Source: Chloropicon primus (Eukaryota). Taken from it: a stretch of DNA of 64,000 nt. Positions 23,139 to 33,845 of this stretch are shown one piece after another. Position 1 is the first letter of the stretch, and each line of letters begins with the position of its first letter. A model generated the notes under the pieces. The model saw nothing but the letters and a program-made list of their open reading frames with translations, was not told the origin of the DNA and ran no database searches. The stretch is from contig CP060757.1 in the NCBI GenBank assembly GCA_023205875.1, forward strand, positions 682,001-746,000, read 5' to 3'. The position numbers were made by a program, and so were the translations under genes.

Positions 23139-23355
23139 GCTGCTCCATACTGTTGACTCGACAGACGTGTGTAACGTGCTGGGTATTGCCGCAATAGTAT
23201 TTGCGGCAAGCCCAACGTCTTTGTTGCACTTTGCTGAAAGTCTCGTTCCCCCGCGGACAATCAAGGAGAACGAAGGAGGATCGAGGGAGACGATGGCCGG
23301 GATTGGCCTTGCCCCTCCCTGTTCGTTCGAGTGCAGCAACAACGCCTTGGACAGC
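23139..23355. ncRNA. Candidate structured non-coding RNA of unknown family
   Basis: Nested complementary segments in an intergenic gap (see findings); no recognised family motif. Confidence 0.25.
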
Positions 23356-23583
23356 CCCCCCAAAAAACCTAAAACCTTTTTAAAACCTAAGTTCTTGGAG
23401 AGCTCTCTCGGCGAAAGAAAAGAGAGAGAGCAAGGAGCAAGAGAGAGTCTCGCTCGTCCAAGTGCCCCCGGGTCCAGGGCTTCGAGAGGGAGGGGCGTGG
23501 GATGTGCAACTGACCTCCCCCGTGTCCTCGCTGTCCTCGATTTGGCCGTCTAGTTCCTGCGTCGCCGACGCAACCCTTTTCGG

Positions 23584-24120
23584 ATGGGGGAAGGGGGGTC
23601 TGGTGCAGGTGTCTGTGGAGGAGGCGGGGTGAGGTACAGGACTTATGAGAAGGAGGAAGACTTGGGCGCCCTTATGGGACTAGTCGACAAGGAGCTCTCG
23701 GAGCCCTACTCGATATTCACGTACCGGTACTTCGTGTACGATTGGCCGCAACTCTGCTTCCTCGCCGTGGAGAACGACGCGGACGGGAAGGAGCAGTGCG
23801 TGGGGGCCCTGGTGTGCAAAGCGGACACGCACAAGCAGCACCTGCGGGGTTACGTCGCGATGCTCGTCGTCGAGAGGAGGCGAAGGAAGCAAGGGATAGC
23901 CAAGGACCTCGTCAAGATGGCGATAGAGAGGATGGTGGAGGAGGGCTGCGCGGAGATCGTTCTTGAGGCGGAGGTTTCCAACAAGGCGGCTCTGAACCTT
24001 TACGCAAAGTTTGGCTTTATCAGGGATAAGCGACTGTACAGGTACTATTTGACGGGGACGGATGCGTACCGCCTGAAGTTGTCTGTGGCCCCACACCTCG
24101 ACCCCGCTCAGGTGGCGTGA
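23584..24120 (+). CDS. NAA30: N-alpha-acetyltransferase 30 (NatC catalytic subunit, MAK3)
   Basis: LSEPYSIFTYRYF, RGYVAMLVV..RKQGIA, LEAEVSN..ALNLY..GFIRDKRLYRYYL.G.DAYRLKL. Confidence 0.95.
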   Translation: MGEGGSGAGVCGGGGVRYRTYEKEEDLGALMGLVDKELSEPYSIFTYRYFVYDWPQLCFLAVENDADGKEQCVGALVCKADTHKQHLRGYVAMLVVERRRRKQGIAKDLVKMAIERMVEEGCAEIVLEAEVSNKAALNLYAKFGFIRDKRLYRYYLTGTDAYRLKLSVAPHLDPAQVA

Positions 24121-24246
24121 CTGACTCGAGAGGGGGGGCGACGACGACGACAGCGACCGAGTCTTCTTTACCAATTGTTTATGTTGTTTTTACTGGGTTT
24201 TGTTATTGTGTATTCCTAAGCATATAGTATATGAAAGACTACCGCT

Positions 24247-26310
24247 TCACGGCGCCGCAATCGGCCTTGTCTTCTCGAACGATAAAGGGACTGAGAAGTC
24301 CCTCGATAAGTACTGCAGGAGGGACGATTTGTCGCCGTTCACTTTGCGTTCCAGCTCTTTCTTCTCCGCCTTGTCCTTGTCTATTTCCTCCAGCCACTGG
24401 TTGATCTTGCTCCAAGTCTCCCTCTTTCCCATCTCTATCTTTCGCTCTCTCTTCAAGTCTCTGGTCGCGAAGCGCCAGTCCTCGAAGACTCGCCTGGCCA
24501 GCCCCCTCCGGTACTCCTGCCGGAACGCGTGGGCGACCTGAAGCTCGTGCAGGAGAACCAGTTCAGCTCGAACGCTGGTGTAATCTTTCCAAACCTCGAG
24601 GTGGTCCCTCAAGACCCGCTTTGCGTGGAAGGACGCCGCCTGGACCCTTTGGCCCTCTCTTCTCTTCACGAGGTCCTTGAAGAAGCTAAAGTGAAACTTC
24701 GCGATGCGGTGCCTTTTGAACTTCTTGGCGTTCACCAGGTCCAACCAGGTGGACAACACCCGCTCGAGGCGATATCGGGTGAGAAAACGGTGCAAGACGC
24801 CGTGCAAATGGACGTGGAAAAGCATCTTGCGCCTCCAGAACGGCATGGTGTAAACCTTCCAGCCCTGCATTGCCACGGCCAAGAGGTGCTTCCCGTACTT
24901 TGCGTTCGCGGAAGCTTCCTTTGACCTGATCTCTCCGGCCAAGCACTTGAAGGCCCGCAGACCGACCTGGCCCATGAGCCATCTCCTGTGGTGCATCTTC
25001 GCCAACGAAAGTTGCTGTTGCCTCAACTCCATTTTGCTGATCCTCTCGCTCTCCTCCAGCTCAAGCCGGTAGACTCGCTCCTTGGCTTCTATCCTCTGCA
25101 GCTCCCTAATCCTCCTCTCATAGCTCTTCGCTTCATGCTTCTCTTGCTCTGTCTCCTCGCTTTCCACGCTCAGCTTCTCCTCGTACCGCTTCCTCAGCTC
25201 CTTCCTCCTCTGAATCCGTTCCTTTGCTCGCTCGTCAAGCTTTCTTCGCAGGTCGTCCTCGCCCTCCTTAGTTCTCCCTGCAGGAGTAGTGCTGGGCGTG
25301 GCGTCACGCCCCCCCGGCGGGACGGCGGAGGGCGAGGGAAGCCCGGGGCGGTGGATCCTCCTCCCACTTTCACCCTCGTCCGGCCTGCTCCTGAGCGTGG
25401 TCTCGGCTCGCCGGCTCGCCAGCTTCCTGAGACTCAGCTCCAGCTCCGCCGACTGGTGCTTCCTCCCCGGAGTTCTGCTTCTCCTTGTTGGGGTGACCTC
25501 TGGGCGCCCGACCTCCGTCGCTTCGAGACCACTCGCTTTGGGCCGAGGCTTTCCGGTGTCAGCGCCAGTTGCAGGCCGAAGGTTCTCTTTGCCAAGCTTG
25601 GGGCAGACTGAGCTTTTGGCCTGAAGCTCCTTTCTCTTCTCGAGAAGTACCTGCTGCATCTTCAGGGCCCTGTACTCCTTGTCCGTGTTCAGGCGGCTGA
25701 CTCGGTTTCTGGACTTGAAGGCCAGGTTCCAAGAGTTGAAAGCCTTGTGAAGGGACATGATGCGGCAGAACTTCCTCGCAGCCAGAGCGTGCTTCCTCTC
25801 CCTTTCTACCTCCTTTGCTCTCCTCTTCTCCGAGCCCACGCCGTTTCTCACCGCTACGCGCCACTGCAGTAGAACGCGTCGAAGGAAGCGAGTGGCGAAA
25901 AAGTTGAGTGCAGCTTGCATCTTCAGCTTCTCCAGCTCCGCCGTGAACGCGCTAGTTATCTCCTCCTCCTGCTCTTCCTCCTTTCGCTCGCACTCTCGCT
26001 CCCGCCTTCCCACGACGAGGGGCTCGTCAACGCTCTCGCGTGCTTGGCACTCTTTGCGGCGAATGCTCGCTCGGCTTCTTTGGCGAGCGTCCTCGAGCCT
26101 CTGAGCGGTGTACCTTCGCCACCCCAGCAGAGCCACCCTCGTCGCCCTCACGAGAGCCCTCTCCCTGAACGCAAACACGCAAACTTTATGAAACTTCCTC
26201 AGCTTACACAAGTCCCTCCAAGCGTGGAGACAGCTCGACGCTCGACCAATCTCCACCATGATGTCCAAAGGTTCCTCCCTCACCCAAAGGTCTTCCCCTC
26301 CTCCCATCAT
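24247..26310 (-). CDS. Sfi1-repeat/CCDC191-like basic helical protein (putative centrin-binding)
   Basis: Recurring L..(F/L)..W(R/K) units: FLRRVLLQWR, LHKAFNSWN, LLAVAMQGWK, LERVLSTWL, LRDHLEVWK, LARRVFEDWR. Start codon uncertain. Confidence 0.6.
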   Translation of the reverse strand: MMGGGEDLWVREEPLDIMVEIGRASSCLHAWRDLCKLRKFHKVCVFAFRERALVRATRVALLGWRRYTAQRLEDARQRSRASIRRKECQARESVDEPLVVGRRERECERKEEEQEEEITSAFTAELEKLKMQAALNFFATRFLRRVLLQWRVAVRNGVGSEKRRAKEVERERKHALAARKFCRIMSLHKAFNSWNLAFKSRNRVSRLNTDKEYRALKMQQVLLEKRKELQAKSSVCPKLGKENLRPATGADTGKPRPKASGLEATEVGRPEVTPTRRSRTPGRKHQSAELELSLRKLASRRAETTLRSRPDEGESGRRIHRPGLPSPSAVPPGGRDATPSTTPAGRTKEGEDDLRRKLDERAKERIQRRKELRKRYEEKLSVESEETEQEKHEAKSYERRIRELQRIEAKERVYRLELEESERISKMELRQQQLSLAKMHHRRWLMGQVGLRAFKCLAGEIRSKEASANAKYGKHLLAVAMQGWKVYTMPFWRRKMLFHVHLHGVLHRFLTRYRLERVLSTWLDLVNAKKFKRHRIAKFHFSFFKDLVKRREGQRVQAASFHAKRVLRDHLEVWKDYTSVRAELVLLHELQVAHAFRQEYRRGLARRVFEDWRFATRDLKRERKIEMGKRETWSKINQWLEEIDKDKAEKKELERKVNGDKSSLLQYLSRDFSVPLSFEKTRPIAAP

Positions 26311-26570
26311 GTCGACCCTGCGCACCCCAAAGACTCCGCCTTTCCTGCGCTTTCCCTCCCTCCGGAGACTCCACACTTCGTCCTCTCTCCTCACCTCTCC
26401 TCAGCTGTCCTCCTTTTTAAATTTTCACTCGACGTCGAGTGTCGAGTTGAAGCAGCCATCGATCACATGGGCCTGTGGTCGATCATAATGATCATAATGT
26501 GTAATGTGGCTGGGTCGGACTCCGGGCTTTGGGTCAGAAGCGAAAGGGGAGAGGCAAGGGTCTCGGGGGA

Positions 26571-26714
26571 ATGGCCGTGGCGCCTTCCTTGACTCTTCTG
26601 GCCCTCCTGGTGCTGGCCGCGGGGCAAGTACAAGGGCAGAGAACGTGGACACGGACAAACACTGCAAAAGGACGTGCCTTGTTGAATTTTTTTGTTTGCC
26701 TTGCTCCAAAATAG
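26571..26714 (+). other. Small ORF (47 aa) with a signal-peptide-like N-terminus; small secreted peptide or 5' gene remnant
   Basis: MAVAPSLTLLALLVLAAGQVQG|QRTW..., then runs into AT-rich sequence. Confidence 0.3.
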
Positions 26715-26766
26715 AGTTAAATATACATCATCATGTACGTATCATGACACGATTGCTCTTACAGTA

Positions 26767-27907
26767 TTATAGCTCTTCCCTGCCGGCGCTTCCTCTTTTC
26801 CTCCTTTTGTTTCTCCTCCTCTCTAACCGGGTCTCGAACGAATTTACGTAATCCCCCAGCCCAGCCAACAAGGAACGCCCACTCTCTCGCCCTCTGTCTT
26901 GTCCTAGCTCCCAGATCATCACGCCGGCCATCTTTCGGCTCCTGGCCAAGTCAACCTTTGCCTCCAACGTCTGATGGTTGTTGAAGAAATACCCATCAAC
27001 CTCATCGCCTTCGCCGGCATCGCCGAGCTCGTAGTAGGCCTTGGCGCCGCCCTTGTACATGTCTCTCCCGTAGAACGGCAGTCCCATGAGGACTTTGCTC
27101 AAATCAACTCCAACTTGTTGCAGGTGCCTGGTGACAAACTCGCTGAACTCAAAGGTGCTGTGCTTGCAAGGTGGCGTCGTCCTTGGAATGGAGCAGAGGT
27201 TGTCGTAAGCCTTTTTGTTGTTGTTGTTTGGAGCAAAGGGAATGTGCATTCGTGTCCAAAGCGCGAGAGTCAGTTCAATCTGGTTTCCTCCTCCTGTCCC
27301 TCCTCCCCCTTCGATCCATCCTTACCATCTCAGAGACAAAGTCAACCACATCCAGTATGGAGTGCCTTAAAAGCATTTCCTCCTGACCAGGGTGGATCGC
27401 CACCGTCACGAGCGTGGACGGGGAGGCTCTTTTGAGACCAAGAACAAGCTGGTGAAGCCGCTCGTATTCGACATCGCTCCCAGGTGACTCCCAGTTGACA
27501 TCAACCCCGCTTAATCCGAGACTCTCTACCAAGTCAAACAAATTTCTGATCAGGTTGTTCCTTGAGCTCTCGTCCGCAAGCGCTTCCGCAAGGCCAGCGC
27601 TTCGACCGGCCCCACCGATGCAAACAAGAATGCTCGTGTCCGCGTCCGACGCCCATTGCTTCACCCTGTCCAGGTTCGACGGCAGCCTGTCCAAGCTGCT
27701 GAGTCCTCCATCCCCTGTCGCCTCGATGCTGAACAAGATAACATGAGTTAATTTTTCCAAGGTTTCCTTCCACCTCTCTTCCGTATCGAAGTGCCTGTAC
27801 TCCGGCAGGTAACCCACAACAAGAAAATTCTCCTTCCCTCCCTCCCCGGCACCCTCGCACGTCCACACCAACGCTGCGAGTGTCGCCCAAACCGCCCACC
27901 TCCTCAT
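26767..27907 (-). CDS. Glycoside hydrolase family 18 (chitinase-like) protein with signal peptide (2 exons)
   Basis: Exons 27907-27326 and 27210-26767, junction EM|AYD. VVGYLPEY, CIGG, SGVDVNWE, MGLPFYGR, GVMIWELGQD; ends REEL. Confidence 0.88.
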
Positions 27908-27976
27908 CCTCCGCTCCGATCGATCAATCTGCATGCTCTGCGGTGCGGTGCGCGAGAGAGAGGAGAGGAGAGAGGG

Positions 27977-30900
27977 ATGGATGGGGACGGGGTTAGCCGA
28001 GCAGGGGTGGAGGTGGAGAGGCTAGACGAGTCGTCTAGCCTTGAGGCGGGAACAAGCAATTTCTTCTTCCGTCCGCTTCGGGAGATATCCGCGAGCGGGA
28101 AGCTGGAAGGGTTGTCGATAGGGGGGGACTCGAGCTCGGCAACGTGTTACGACGATGGGTGCGAGCTTGTGGGGAGAGCGAGGACGCTGGCCTTGTGCCC
28201 GAAGCGAAAGTTGGTTTGCTCCCTCAGTCGAGGGAGGGCCGGGCTCTGGGTGTACAGCATCGATAGCGTGGTCGGTGCGTACCAAAGGGACGTTTTGGAA
28301 GACGAAGCGATCGGAGGGTCCTTTACTGCCTTCGCTGTGGGAGCATCGCCCGCGACGGCGCTCGAGGTGAACCGCGACGAGTCTTTCCTCTGCGTGGTTT
28401 GCGAGGACGACCTCTTGTTTTACGATCTCGGTGAGGAGGGAGATTCCTTGAACCAACCTCTCAAGCTGGTACAGACGGCGAAAGTGTTCGGACGGTACGG
28501 CGACAGTGGAAGCGTCAAGCTGTTTTGCTGGGGGTCTGTAGTTGACCCCTTGAAGTTCCTCGCCGTAACAGACGACGGGACAATGAACATTTGTTTTGAG
28601 AACAGCAGTCGAACCGTCGAAGGGAGCGGGATCAGTTGCGCAGCTTGGAGTCCAGACGACCTTCACATAGCGTATGGTTCTGGCCTCGGCAGGCTGACGA
28701 TACTACAATCAAGCTTTGCTGCCGCGTTTGATGTTGACTTGTCCCACCCGGACTTTGACATCACGACCAGTTCTATCGCATGGCTCTCTGAGAATACGGT
28801 GCTCGTGCAGTGCATGACGGTGGGCTGCCAGGATGCCGAGGAGGAGGAGCTCGCTGTGTGCTTCACGGTTCAGTGGACGCGCAACGACGTTGGCCAATTC
28901 CAGAAGGTGACCGTGAACAAGATAGACGAAGACTCTGCTTGCATAGCGCTTGATGAGGAAGGCGCGCCTATGGGCACGGGACCCTATTTGCACCATTGTC
29001 GAGTCCAGGAGTGGAAGGCATCCATTATCGCCCACAGAAAGAGTGTTGGAGACTGCTCCATCAGTATTTTAGCTCACGATGAAGCGTCATCTGGGTTCAA
29101 CAGCGTAGAGGTGCTGCAGGATGGCTTTGATGACGCGGACTCGCTACGACCTGCTATCCCGCTGAGAACGGACCGTGACGAGGGCGATGACTTCGTTGTT
29201 GGGCTACAAGTGTACACCGGTGAAACCGCAGTGAGGGTGAAGGACCCAATGAAGGAAGCTTACGTCGAACTGGAGAAGTCGTTCCCAATAGTTTTCGTGC
29301 AAACTTTGAGTTCCAAACTGTTTCTCTTCTCGTTTGCATCGACGTCAGATTCGCTTCCATCCATAAGCATAGGAAGCATGGATATTCCCAAAGCTTACTG
29401 TTCGGAGGAAAGTTTGTCCAACACCATCCATTCTTTGAATAGACTATCAAAGAAGGCTCGGGACGAACTGCATAACGATCTTCCCGCTCCCCCTGGAAGT
29501 GCTAGTGAGGTTGTGGAGAACAGCACGGAGGCTGCGTTACAGAAGGGTCTGCCAGACAGCGACAGCGAGGGAAGTGAAGAGGAAGAGGTTGTGGAGAACA
29601 GCACGGAGGCTGCGTTACAGAAGGGTCTGCCAGACAGCGACAGCGAGGGAAGTGAAGAGGAAGAGGTTGTGGAGAACAGCACGGAGGCTGCGTTACAGAA
29701 GGGTCTGCCAGACAGCGACAGCGAGGGAAGTGAAGAGGAAGAGGTTGTGGAGAACAGCACGGAGGCTGCGTTACAGAAGGGTCTGCCAGACAGCGACAGC
29801 GAGGGAAGTGAAGAGGAAGAGGTTGTGGAGAACAGCACGGAGGCTGCGTTACAGAAGGGTCTGCCAGACAGCGACAGCGAGGGAAGTGAAGAGGAAGAGG
29901 TTGTGGAGAACAGCACGGAGGCTGCGTTACAGAAGGGTCTGCCAGACAGCGACAGCGAAGAAATTGAGGAGATACACAACGAGTCTATTCTTTCAAAGCC
30001 AGATATTCTGCCTGGTTCAAGTAGTAGCGGAACATCATTCGGTCTAAATGTTCCTGCCAGTCCAGTGACTGCGTTTGGAGCCACTGGAGCAACTTCCAGT
30101 GGAATCAGCTTCGGCGTTTCGGGAAATCAAACTTTAGAGAAGACAAAACAAGCAGAAGTGAAAATTGTAGCGTTTGGTGCACCGGCTGCAGCTTTGAATG
30201 CCGCACCATTCAAAAGTGGCTTCTCGCAACAAAAGCAGCAACCAGAACTCGGTAAAAGCTCGTTTCCAGTCGCAATGACGACACCAAGCTTTGGCGCGCA
30301 GCCCGCACCAAGCTTTGGGGCACAGCCCAAGGTCGTCTCTGGTGGATTCGGTAAAGGGCTTTCGAAGCCAAAGGTAGAAGCACAAGTGGTGCAGGCAACC
30401 AAAAAGCTGGAGCCGCCTTCCTTCAAGAAGGCAGAGCTTCAAGCCCCGCTTTTGAAGCAGCTGCAGGATTCTTTCGTTGAAACACTGGTGGAGGTCCGTC
30501 AGATGGAACAAAAGCTCTCCTCCTCACTAAGTAGCAAAGACTGCGATGCTCTGAGGGCCTTGTCAGAAAGCAGGAAAGAATCGACACGAATGAGCACGGA
30601 GATCGCAAAGGTTAAAATGGACCAAGAGCAGGCTAGGGGGACCGTCGAGTCGCTGCTTCAGAAACTGAAGGTCTTGGAGAAAAAGGCCCAAACATACAGC
30701 ACCCCTTCCATGGAGACGGATCTGCAGAGTATCGCCAATACGTCAATAGGGTCGATGAGAGAGGAAATCAGCAATTCTTTCTCGGCACTGCAAGAGACTA
30801 TTAATGATGTCACAGAGTTTCTGAGCAAGTGCGACGTGAAAAAGTATAGGATGCAATCGAGCATTCAAGATGGATCCAAGCAGAAATCGATTCACAATAT

Positions 30901-33569
30901 TTATAGCACCATCAATGCCCAAACCTCACTCGCAAAGCATCAGAGCTTGCAATTAGGGGATTTGCATGAGAGGCTAGAAGATTTGCGAAGAGAAAAGTCT
31001 AGCTGCAGAAGTGGCATTCTCTCTAGCTTGACGACGAAGTTTGCGGAACTTACGCCAGCAGAAGAATACGCTCAACCTTCCTCACCTTGGCAAAAGAAAG
31101 AGAAGGATTTCATCATGTCATCCATCATGAATGCTATCCCGGGGGGTCCTAGGGTAACCAAAGTCCAGAAAAAACTTATTGACTCAGGAACAAAGGCAAT
31201 TGCACCGAATTTGTTGACTCAGAAGACAAATTCTACTGCTATTGCCGCAGCACCTGCGAAGAGCGCAGGGGGTGCTCCCATGCCTCCCATGCCGTCTTTT
31301 GGTCAGATGAAGGCCGCCAAGGACACGATGAGCACGTTCCTGAAGAAGGAGGATCCGCCGGCCAAGGCATCTACACCTGCGAAGAGCGCAGGGGGTGCTC
31401 CCATGCCTCCCATGCCATCTTTTGGTCAGATGAAGGCCGCCAAGGACACGATGAGCACGTTCCTGAAGAAGGAGGATCCGCCGGCCAAGGCATCTACACC
31501 TGCGAAGAGCGCAGGGGTGCTCCCATGCCTCCCATGCCATCTTTTGGTCAGATGAAGGCCGCCAAGGACACGATGAGCACGTTCCTGAAGAAGGAGGATC
31601 CGCCGGCCAAGGCATCTACACCTGCGAAGAGCGCAGGGGTGCTCCCATGCCTCCCATGCCATCTTTTGGTCAGATGAAGGCCGCCAAGGACACGATGAAC
31701 ACGTTCCTGAAGAAGGAGGATCCGCCGGCCAAGGCATCTACACCTGCGAAGAGCGCAGGGGTGCTCCCATGCCTCCCATGCCATCTTTTGGTCAGATGAA
31801 GGCCGCCAAGGACACGATGAGCACGTTCCTGAAGAAGGAGGATCCGCCGGCCAAGGCATCTACACCTGCGAAGAGCGCAGGGGTGCTCCCATGCCTCCCA
31901 TGCCATCTTTTGGTCAGATGAAGGCCGCCAAGGACACGATGAGCACGTTCCTGAAGAAGGAGGATCCGCCGGCCAAGGCATCTACACCTGCGAAGAGCGC
32001 AGGGGTGCTCCCATGCCTCCCATGCCGTCTTTTGGTCAGATGAAGGCCGCCAAGGACACGATGAACACGTTCCTGAAGAAGGAGGATCCGCCGGCCAAGG
32101 CATCTACACCTGCGAAGAGCGCAGGGGGTGCTCCCATGCCTCCCATGCCATCTTTTGGTCAGATGAAGGCCGCCAAGGACACGATGAGCACGTTCCTGAA
32201 GAAGGAGGATCCGCCGGCCAAGGCATCTACACCTGCGAAGAGCGCAGGGGGTGCTCCCATGCCTCCCATGCCATCTTTTGGTCAGATGAAGGCCGCCAAG
32301 GACACGATGAGCACGTTCCTGAAGAAGGAGGATCCGCCGGCCAAGGCATCTACACCTGCGAAGAGCGCAGGGGGTGCTCCCATGCCTCCCATGCCGTCTT
32401 TTGGTCAGATGAAGGCCGCCAAGGACACGATGAGCACGTTCCTGAAGAAGGAGGATCCGCCGGCCAAGGCATCTACACCTGCGAAGAGCGCAGGGGGTGC
32501 TCCCATGCCTCCCATGCCATCTTTTGGTCAGATGAAGGCCGCCAAGGACACGATGAGCACGTTCCTGAAGAAGGAGGATCCGCCGGCCAAGGCATCTACA
32601 CCTGCGAAGAGCGCAGGGGGTGCTCCCATGCCCCCCATGCCGTCTTTTGGTCAATTGAATGTGAGTGAGAGCGCTAAAACTATTGCTGCGAAAAACAGCA
32701 CTTCTTCTGTGCAATCTCCGTTGGCACTTGAGAAGCAGACTTCGTCCGACAAGGGTGCGTCAGCCTTTCAATTGAACAAAGCAACGCTGAACACGGGGAC
32801 CTTCGGGGCAACAGCTCAGAGCCAGAGTCAGGGCCAGAGTGGAAGTCCAAGTGCATTTGGTGGCTCCAGCACTGGTGGCGCGTTTGGTGCCTCCACCAGT
32901 GCATTTGGAAGTTCTGCTTTTGCGGGCTCCTCAAGTGCATTTGGGAAACCTTCCTCGATAGGTCTAGGTCAGCCTGCGACGACCTCTGCTTTTGGCCAGC
33001 CTGCAAGCTTTGGACAAGCTTCTACCTTTGGTAGCTTTGGCCAGCAGCCTCAGGGTGGGAGCATGGGCGCTTTTGGTCAGGGTGGTAGCTCCTCTAGCGC
33101 GTTTGGTCAAGCGGCTACTTTTGGAGCGCCTGGATCTCAGGCGCAGACCCCGAGCGTGGCACAGAGTCCTTTTGGTCAGGTCGCGCAGTCCACTTCTTCA
33201 TCCAGTATTTCACAGTTTGGTAAGCCTGCTGCTGCTTTTGGCCAAAGCCCTTTCGCAGCTTTCGGCGGTGGCCAGTCGACTGGTTTCGGGGCAGCAGCTC
33301 AGAGCCAGAATCAGGGCGGGAGTCCGAGCGCGTTCGGTGGCTCCACTGGGGCATTTGGAGGTTCTGCCTTTGGCCAGACGACAAATTTTGGGCAATCCTC
33401 GTCGCCGGCCTTTGGCAGCTTTGGGCAGCCTGCCTCCTTGGGAAGCCAGAGCCCCTTTGCTGCCCAGGCTCAAGGCTTCGGAGTTCCTGGGCAGATGTCC
33501 TCGCAAACTACTACCGGCTTCTCCAATAAAGCCAAGTCAAACGCATCTGCGTGGCAGCCAAGAAGGTAA
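27977..33569 (+). CDS. FG nucleoporin, Nup214/Nup159-like; frame broken within a repeat array as assembled
   Basis: N-terminal beta-propeller-like region (CAAWSPDD..IAYG), acidic repeats, central coiled coil, PSFG repeats, then dense SAFG/FGQ repeats ending WQPRR. ORFs 27791-31555 and 32013-33569 are separated by five single-G losses. Confidence 0.8.
29507..29958 (+). repeat. 78-bp perfect tandem repeat, about 5.8 units (VVENSTEAALQKGLPDSDSEGSEEEE)
   Basis: Units start at 29507, 29585, 29663, 29741, 29819 and 29897. Confidence 0.95.
31251..32653 (+). repeat. 123/122-bp tandem repeat, about 11.4 units (41-aa PAKSAGGAPMPPMPSFGQMKAAKDTMSTFLKKEDPPAKAST)
   Basis: Units at 31251, 31374 (G5); 31497, 31619, 31741, 31863, 31985 (G4); 32107, 32230, 32353, 32476, 32599 (G5). 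Confidence 0.95.
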
Positions 33570-33845
33570 CAAATAAAGAAGCATATCATGCATGTATTAA
33601 TAATGCTCTCTCAAGCAACTCCACACTCCTCCTCTGTCTCATCCTGCCCCACAGGCTGATCATGAAAAAGCAGATCAGCACCCGGGGAGGGAGGACGACG
33701 CTACGCTGTTTGGTGGGACGAGGACGGGAGGAAGTCTCTTATGTTCTTGCGTCTGCTCGAAAGAAGCGAGGCTCTGGGGATGGGCTGGCAAAGGCTTGGG
33801 CGCCGTGGTTGTTCGTGGGAATAGAGCGAAGCTTCGTGCGGTACT

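Noticed and set aside
23139..23355. Assignment as RNase MRP/P, SRP, U-snRNA, U3 or riboswitch
   Set aside because: Diagnostic motifs (P4 partner, SRP helix 8, snRNA 5' ends, C/D boxes) were not found; kept only as an unknown candidate.
29507..32653. Regular repeats as a CRISPR array or satellite
   Set aside because: Head-to-tail units with no unique spacers, coding in frame within a eukaryotic nucleoporin; no cas genes.
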